From Pseudovirgaria hyperparasitica (lineage: Eukaryota), in assembly GCA_010093815.1 (NCBI GenBank), contig ML996576.1: 64,000 nucleotides of DNA; one strand, 5' to 3'. Shown here piece after piece: positions 51,013-64,000 of this stretch. Under the pieces are notes generated by a model that worked only from the letters and a program-made list of their open reading frames with translations, did no database searches and was not told where the DNA came from. Numbering within the stretch: position 1 is the first letter of the stretch; each line of letters starts with the position of its first letter. The translations under genes and the position numbers were made by a program.

Positions 51013-54000
51013 TTAGAAGTAGATCGCGTCTAATTATTATTTCTACCTTAATAACTATAGCGGATCTATAGTACTTCCTTTTATACTTATAACTTTCTTT
51101 ACTAATATATTGGAATTCTAGATAGATTTAATTAAGTCTTTAAGGGTTTTCTTAGTTTCTTAGACGTTTATTTAGATTACTTAATACCCGCTCTAATTCC
51201 CACAGAGAATCACCGAAAGTATCCTAGCTTCTAGCATTCTATTAGATAACTAGTCTTATAGTATCTAAAGTATAGTATAGTCTAACTTATACCAACTATC
51301 TACGTCATTCTATAACAATTTCTTATAATCTTTACACCACGATAGAGGATTAGCTTTATTCTCTCTTCTAGCTTTATATAAGATTTTAAAGTTAAATATT
51401 AATATCTACTTAGCCTAATATACTTATTAGTAATTAAGAACCTTAGTTAATATAAAGTAACGTAGATTTATATAATCTAATAATAATTTAATCTAATATA
51501 TAGAGCCTTCTAAATAATATCGCTATTACTTAAAACTCTTAATAATTATAAGTAGTTTCTAGTCGTACGTGTTATAACGCGTCTCTATATCCGCTATTTT
51601 ATAGAAAAAGAAAGCGACTAGATACTATTATACCTTATCTTTCGTATCTTTATACGGTTAACTAATAATTCTAGTAATTATAAATTCTAACGTGTTAGTT
51701 TTAATCTAAATATACTTCTTAGAATTAAAATACCTAAGAATCGGCGTAGTTATAAAGTAATTCTTTAATGATTAGAACGTATCTCGCGCTTCTAGTATTA
51801 ACTATATCCTAACTAACTTAGCTTTATACTATACTCGCCTATCTATAGAGATTTTACTACTATTCTCTATAAGTTTATTAAGCGGCGCCGTAATTCGTAA
51901 GAAGTCTATAATAAATTTATAATAATAGTTTATAAAACCTATAAATATTCTAATTTAACGTATAGTAGTAGGTTCTAGCTATTCTATAATGGTCTTTATA
52001 CGCTCCGGCTCTATTTTTAGACCGCTATATATTATAATAAAGCTAAGAAACCTAACTTCTTATTAGTAAAACTCACATTTAGATAATTTTACATAGAGTT
52101 TATACTACCTTAGATAATTTAGTACCAATTTTATATATTCTTTATAATTCTATATACTATCAGAGTAAATTAGTATATTATTAAGATAAACTACATAAAT
52201 CACGTTAAGTAATCCTACAAGTATAGTATTAATATATTCTTAAAACGCTTCTAGCGTATTTATTAGCCCGAATAGTATAATAGTATACTTAAAATAACTA
52301 TATCTAGTCCGAAATGCGGTTTTCTACTTATCTCTATAATAAATTTAAAGCCGGTAATATATATCTTATAAATCTAGCTTTATAAAGTACTTTACCTTTA
52401 TTAATTAGTCTAAAGATTTACTAACTAGCGGTAATAGATAACGATTCTTCTTAGTTACTATATTTAGTATCTAATAGTTAACGTATAGACGTAAACTTCT
52501 CTCTTTCTTTTTTATAAAGAGAATAGATATACTAGCTAATAATATACTATAATATATCTAGCCTCTTCCGAGGTATTCTTTAATATATTTATAAAGAACT
52601 TTAAGTTCTAGTCTTAAAAGTAGGTAAAGTAGGCTATAAGGGACGTCTACTCCCTCTTCGAGCTTAATCTTTAGCTTATATAGCCTGTAATTAGGGAGAA
52701 GTAATATATCTCCTACTAAAAACATATCCGCATACTATGAATATACGTTAGATAGCGTGTCTTTACTCTAATTATTACTATTATTCTTATCTTTATCGAT
52801 AATTAATAAGGACGTAAGATAGATTAGTAATAATCGGGTCCGTATAGCGAGGTTCTATACCTTCTTACTAATAGTTATAACTTACTAGTATAATTTACTA
52901 TAGTATTATTAGAACGTTAATATCTCCTTCTAAAAATTAAGAATAGAGTTTAGGTATCTAAGCTAAGGTATCCCTAGAATTATATTCTATTAGCTAATAT
53001 TAGCCACGATAAATTTATTAGATATCTACTATTTTATTATCTTTAAGTTATGAACTTCGTAATTCGTTATAGCTTTATCTAAAATTCTAACTTTATATCT
53101 ATTAACTACGATAGTTTAGCTAACTTTACTAAGATTATATAATAATCTATACTCCTTTACGAGAATCGATAAAATATAGTTATCTTCTATACTAGTATCT
53201 ATAAGAGCCTATATAGTTTTATTACTATTTACTATAGGTAATAAAACTTTTAGTAATATTAGGTCTTTACTTACTAGAAGGCGCTACGACTCCTTCTAAG
53301 TATATATAATTTAGCTAAGAACGCGGTTAGGTCTCGTATACTAGCCTATTCTTTTTTTAGATTCTTATAGTTAGGTAAAATATATTCTATTTCTCTATAC
53401 TTATAGTAACGAAGTATACTATAATTCTACTATTTTATAATAGACGTTATATTTAAGTCTATACCTTATCCTTTTCCACGTTAAGAAGTACCACCTTAAT
53501 TATTTTAGTATCCTCTTAACGCGTTTCTACCCCAATTTACACTCTTCTAGTACTAATCACAGTAAGGTTACTCTTAATCGAATATATTCAATCAACCTTA
53601 TTTCTAACCCGTATAGGGTTCGTCAGTTTTACCTAGAGAGCCACGTTCCTTAAGGATACAGTAGTATTTATTAGCTTTCTTCTCTAATTTATATAGATAG
53701 TTAAAACTTAATAATACTATTTCTAGTCTTTTATAGATTAACGGAAGTAGTACTTCGCGAAACTAGAATATATAAATATTTTCCTATAGCGTAGGGATAT
53801 TATTCTATAGGTTTTAGAGGTATTATAGTAGTTAAGTAGATATCTAGTTCGGTTATTATACTATACTTCTTAACTTAGATAGTACCTTTCTTTTACGTTC
53901 TCTATCTGTTCCGAGGGTATTTAGTATAAATATAGCTAAATATTTCTAGGTTATCGTAGATAGTAGCTATACTTCCTTCTATCTATTCTATTAATTACGG

Positions 54001-55351
54001 GATTATAAGTCTAGATATCGTTCTATAAACGAAATATATTATACTTTAGTAGAAAAGAGTAGAGGGTTATTAAGGAAGTACTTTTTATAGTCTCTCTTCT
54101 AGTCTTTCTACTCCTTTTAGTTCTTCCCTATAAATATAGTCGGGTCTTTAGATTTTGGTATATCTAGGGAAGAAGTAGAGTAAATCGGTAACGAAGCGGC
54201 CGGGTATATAGTAGATTATTATAACTCTAATAGTAGGTAAACTAATTCCGCCTAAATTAGTATAGAAAGTCGTCTATCTACTATCGTTCGGCGTAGTTCT
54301 TTAAGAGACTCCTTAAGTTCTCGTCTCTTTATAAGGAGTTTCGCGTATTCTATCTATTCTTTAAGAGTTTAAATCTCTTAAGCCTAATTCGTAATATATT
54401 TCTAAAGTTTAGTAATAGTTTATTATAATACCTTACGTGGCTCCGCTATAACTTATTATCTAGCTTTATATTATTAGAAGTTACTTAGCGTCTCTACTAT
54501 TTCTTTATCTAAAAGCTCTATAATTTAGTCTAATATTTCTACTTCTTAGTTAGAAACGGCTAGGATTAATACTAATTATAGAGAATCTCTATTATTTAAT
54601 ATAGTATTACTTATCCCTATAGTAGATCGTGTTAACCTTCTTAGTTCTAGTTAGACTATCTTAACTATAGTACTATATAGAGAGTAATTTAAATATAAGA
54701 ATAGAGTTATTAGAGAGTAGTATAGTTAGATAGAATAATAGGGTATATTCTATTATAGAACGAATTACTACTAAACCCTTTTAGTAGAAATCTAAGAGTA
54801 TATATATAAAGGGACGCTGATCTATCTAGTACGTAACTATTTACCGCCCTTTACATTACCTTCTAACCCTATTAGCTAAGGTACGTGTAGATCGGGTTCT
54901 ATCTAAGGCTAAGTTCTAACATTAAGGGCCGTGTTATTATTCTAGAGCTTATTCTTCTCTTTAATATTAGCTAAATCTCCGTAAACTAGAGTAGAGTTAT
55001 TAATATTACTAGGTATCTTACTTAGTAAGGCTAGAGAGTCGCTTAATAAGGGTATAGACTTAGCTATAGAGGGCGCTAGTAGTATATTTTTACGCCTTGT
55101 CGCTATCTTCATAGCCCTTAATATCTTATCTATACTATTTTAGAGCGCCTTTAACGTAGATATACGTGGCTATAGTCTAGAAGGTAGTAGTAGAGGTTCT
55201 ATTAAGTTATTCTATCTAAATTATATATCTCTACGTAACTTAGAAGGTATAATAGATAACGTAAAATAGTTAAAAAGATACTAATATATAGCTAATATCA
55301 TATAATACTAATATATAATAGGTATTTTAATAGTTATATAAGTATTCATTA

Positions 55352-55450
55352 ATAATGTCGTAAAATGTTAATTATATATAAAAACGCGTGTTGGTGACAT
55401 AGCGCAGCATCAGGCGCCAAGCTTTCCCATGCAACTATGGATATACGGAT
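55352..55450 (-). repeat. Right TIR
   Basis: Inverted copy of 39134-39232. Confidence 0.92.
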
Positions 55451-55760
55451 CACCCGTCAAGCGCCCGTGCGCAAGCTTGTCAATGTCCTGTCCTCAGGGC
55501 TATGCGAAATAACATAGCAGCGATTTCTGCGACATCGTTCGGCATGAAGTATCAAATACCTAATCGCAGTAACAATCACTTTTTGTAACGCTCCTACCCA
55601 TCACGTTCACCCTTTTCTTCCTACCTACCTTAAGCAACATTGGAACACAACCTCTCCGCCATTCTTGTAACCCGCTCCAGCCCGATTTTGTTCACCACGT
55701 AGCCATATTGGGCGCCAGCCCTGCACATCTTCCTAGACTGCCATCTTCCTGGAGCGCAAG

Positions 55761-58370
55761 ATGTCGAATATAGTCGAACAGGACAAAATCCACGACTTTA
55801 TCGCTATCACATGTGCGACCAGTCAAGAAGCCTTAGATCACCTCCAGGTATGCTAGAAGCTCTGACTGGAAGAAAAAATGACTGACTACATCTGCCACAG
55901 GCGTCGAACCATGATCTCGAGCGTGCGGTTGATATGTTCTACAGTGGCACACTCCAGCAGTCGGTCAGTAGGAGTGGCTCTCTAGCTTCCCATAGAGCTA
56001 GGATTGACGTGTACCAGCAATACAAGTCAACCGCAGACGTGTCTGGTTATGACGACACAGCATTCTCCTCAGATCGATATGGTCACTCGACACAGGATGG
56101 AAACATTCCCGGTACGTGCCGGTGATGAATGCATTCTTTGGGCTACAGTGGACTTCTATCTCACAAAAGATCTTCAGCCTTTCAGATCGACTCTGTGGAC
56201 GACGCAGGTATGGGATATACTAGTACCGCTCCAACGAGACCACCATCTCGTGTTAGCCATCGCTCTGTCGACTCGGCGATGCACATGGTTCCTTCATCAT
56301 CAGGTGTGTTGGCAGATCCGAGAAAGGTCATGGTCGAAGGCAGGCTGAAGATTTCATAGGGTGTGGCTCTACAATGGGTATATCGGGTCAGGAAAGTGGA
56401 GTCCTTGGTGGTAATATTGCTCCATACTTTGGGCCTCCTACCAAAAATCATTATGACACCAATCAATGGGCGTTGACAATTGCGGGACCTACAGTTTCCG
56501 AGGCCATCCCGGACGTAGAGATCAAATCAAGAAAGCGCGAAGACGATGAGCCAGCATTCATCAAGCCATTGGCTTCCGGCGATTATCTACCAGCTCTTTT
56601 CACGATCCTCGCAAATATTCCCATGGTCCGCAATGCCCTAATATGTCCGGCCTCTGTAGAACAGAATTACGGACATGACGCGAATTGGTGGAGTGGCGCT
56701 ACGATACACAACAATGGACCGACTCTGGTCGAAGAGGATTCTCCACGCAAAGCTGCCGCCGACTTCATACGAGAGACGCAAAGACTAGTCGCATTTCTAG
56801 ATGGGACGGATCGTTCCTACGGAAGTATAGACGCCCTCGTGCGACTAGATGCCATGCAGAACCCTAATAACCTGTTCGGTACCTCTGTCTCTGAATCTGA
56901 GTCATTGATGGCAAAGTTCCTTGTGGTCTGGGGATCCTCTGTGTCTTTGGTAGCGCCTGACGAAGCGTTCCCGCACCTGTTGTATTCCAGGGTAGTTGCC
57001 CCGGATATTGACCAGAACGTATGGTGCATGAACCTTCAGACGTCAGATGAGTTCCCAAGGAGTGGTGTGCAGACTCTATACGATATATTAGACGAAATTG
57101 TGTTTGGAGCGGATGAACCAGGTGACCAACCAGGAGAAGAAGCCTTTGCGTCCATAAGTACAGCGGCCGAAACTCTTGTGTTCAAAATTGAGGAATCAAT
57201 ATCAAGCACAAAAGGGTTAAGCATGGACATCCCTGAACACATATATATGGACAGGTATCTAGAAAGTAACTTGGATGCTACCGCGCACATGCGACGCGAG
57301 ATGATGTCGCACAAGGATCAATTCAGGAAGCTAGATCAACATGTGGAGAGCCTTCACAGCTACCACAGCTCTAAGTCTGGGAAAACGCATAGGCCACTTG
57401 ATCTGTTGACCGCAGCCATGCAGGCGTTTCGAAGACCAACCGACCTAGAAAAGGAAGTATATGTAGAGGAGAATAAGTCATCAGGACAGTTGGAGCATCT
57501 CCCGATTTCAGAGACAGAACATCTATCAATCACCAATCAGTTGCAGGAACGTCACAGGCGGATCGAGCACCGAATAGAATGCAAGTTCTTTAGGGTTTTT
57601 GGTGCTATATCACAGGTGCTAAATAAGCTACAGATTTGAAAGCACGTAGATCCGAAATGGTTGAGGCCTTCAACGACATGTCCGATTTATTGAAAGATCT
57701 CTGTGAAGATCCCAAAAGGTCACCGAGCGCCCTTTATCACCTTCGAGGTGTAGCCACACAGCCAACTATCGTTTACGTGCTTTGTGATACTATGGATGTC
57801 AACCACGCGGGCCAATGGTGGCGCTTGGAATTCTCGCATGTCAACAGCCCTACCTCTTCAATAAAGAAAAGGAAAGTCAATTTCGGACAGGTGCAAGCTG
57901 CTATTCAGGAGGAGTGTCGCACTGCGCTCCTGGTTTACGCGTCCAAGAACGCTACAGAGGCTGACCTCCTACCTCTACCAACGGCATTACAGGAATTTGT
58001 GACACACGATAATACCTTGTTCGAAGACGAGCGCGCTACAATGGTCACTCCTTCAGCAGATTGGGATGACTCGGCTCGGGGTTTGCAGACTGATGTTGAC
58101 TGGGACTACAACACAGATCGCAACTGGGGTGCGACCTACAACATTAGCAGCGTTAATCCGAGCTCGATCACTGCAGACAGAGTTAGTTCAAGCGATACGG
58201 AAATGACTGAAGACATGGCCGCCAAGAGTAGGTCAAGTGAGTACATGGACAAATTACTCAAACAAAAGATGGGTGAGCCTGGAGACAAGCTGGAGGCATT
58301 TCGTACGCAATACATCGAGGAGGACGGATCGGACGTCAAACGGCAGCGCATGTCTGTCGACTCGACCTGA
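55761..58370 (+). CDS. UBA-like domain protein (ubiquitin-interaction-motif / Rup1-like family)
   Basis: Exons ~55761-55847, 55901-55963, 56018-56111, 56178-56326, 56360-57580, 57634-58370; N-terminal DFIAIT...ALDHLQASNHDLERAVDMFY (UBA-like); FGP...YD..QWAL, PAFIKP, E.QRL.AFLDGTDRSYGS; family assignment from recall. Confidence 0.75.
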
Positions 58371-59167
58371 GATACTACGACACAAGTAAAGATATTACAA
58401 CGCAATCGAAGTGGTTGAGATCTGCACCCCGAACTTAAACATCCTATTGATAGGAGTAAATGCAGAGCCCTAATGGCTCAAGGATGAGTTACAACGCGCC
58501 AATGATGGTACCGGACGGCGTTCTTGATCATGAAGAAATGGCGGCAGAGCCTCTCACATCTCCGATTTGGTCAAACTGTAGAGTTTGTCCCTGTCCCGTA
58601 CCTCGCTGTATCGACCAAAAAGCCAGATGGCAGCATCCATGGACATTGCGATCATCCTACATGTTGGTGATTGACTGTAGGCCGTGAAATTCCAATCATG
58701 ATGCTGCACTGATGTAGGCCTGGGTCCATAGATCGCTATCCATGATACGCAGACAAAGCGTACCATGGTATGCAATAGAGATACAATTTTTCACGACACT
58801 TGTGTTATGCACGACCAAACATACTCTCAGTATTCAAATGCTCGGTAATTAGTGGTTCGCTTGGTGCTAACGCCGTAGAATTAGTCTAGCGTCATTTGTC
58901 GCGTCGGCGTCATCGGCGACTTATTGGTGCGAGCAGTGGTAGATCCGAACAACGCCCGCGCGTTTCTCCCGTCTGCATTGATGATGCTCTGTAAGCTGTA
59001 ATTAGCTACATGAGACGATTCCTTCTAGGGCCGTTCGCTGCAGATATCTCATCTTCAACGTTCCACGCCCTTGACCACCAACTTGAAGGCGCTCTCGCCC
59101 CCCTCAAATCGTAGATCGCATAACATCTCCAGCGCTTCCGACAAAAGTGTCGTCTATACCCTGGGAT

Positions 59168-64000
<4,833 letters not shown>

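Larger units (their letters stand above)
42115..54921 (-). mobile_element. Full-length Gypsy retrotransposon family B (RIPped), with a nested LINE and a solo LTR
   Basis: 228-bp LTRs at 42115-42342 and 54694-54921; TSD TTAAG (42110-42114 / 54922-54926); PPT (minus strand gagagaaggg) beside the left LTR; RT KTAFRTRY..F...I.FGL and VVYLNNILIYS (~52160-52325); integrase EAYLRIYYNY|K*NN*..AEFPYNN. Confidence 0.93.
40540..55112 (-). pseudogene. Second, convergent ORF inside the Tc1-like element (pieces 55112-54922 and ~42109-40540, split by the Gypsy B insertion); Cys/His motif
   Basis: The frame continues across the TTAAG TSD (..NNTALN|KII..); contains *YSKSTCTNY*G*YYKITLSNRILYYKVDKTILEL*ANNIING (de-RIP C..C.N..GWC...HH...W...I..G) at ~41400-41535; ends approximate. 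Confidence 0.5.
39134..55450 (+). mobile_element. Tc1/mariner-IS630-type DNA transposon (~3.5 kb native length) expanded to 16.3 kb by nested retroelements
   Basis: 99-bp terminal inverted repeats (39134-39232 / 55352-55450); DDE transposase relic on +; RIPped interior with abrupt boundaries at the TIRs. A TSD is not cleanly resolved. Confidence 0.88.

Noticed and set aside
58400..59160. ORFs at 58460, 58554 and 59071, or an ncRNA between the UBA gene and YCF1
   Set aside because: No motifs, splice pattern or RNA-gene signature that I can support; likely UTR/promoter sequence.

Overview
Filamentous ascomycete (Pezizomycotina-type) genomic DNA with an isochore-like layout. AT-rich blocks (about 1-31070, 32640-33350, 39230-55380) consist of nested transposon relics heavily mutated by RIP (CpA>TpA / TpG>TpA). 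They contain a Copia fragment, three Gypsy families (A, B, C), two Tad1-like LINEs, a TRIM, solo LTRs and a Tc1/IS630-type DNA transposon; most boundaries are confirmed by target-site duplications. GC-balanced islands carry an intronless protein kinase plus a small Cys/His-rich gene, RAD14 (XPA), PHO88/SND3, RPA49, a UBA-domain protein and a YCF1-like ABCC transporter that runs off the window. Most notable: (1) Gypsy element A carries a ~975-codon extra ORF whose de-RIPped C-terminal half looks like a PhyH-like 2OG-Fe(II) dioxygenase; (2) one ~31-39 bp palindrome occurs 7 times, shared by the unrelated Gypsy A and LINE families at start-codon, inter-domain and 3'-UTR positions; (3) the Tc1-like transposon carries a convergent second gene with a Cys/His motif. 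All calls come from manual reading and translation; no database searches were run.
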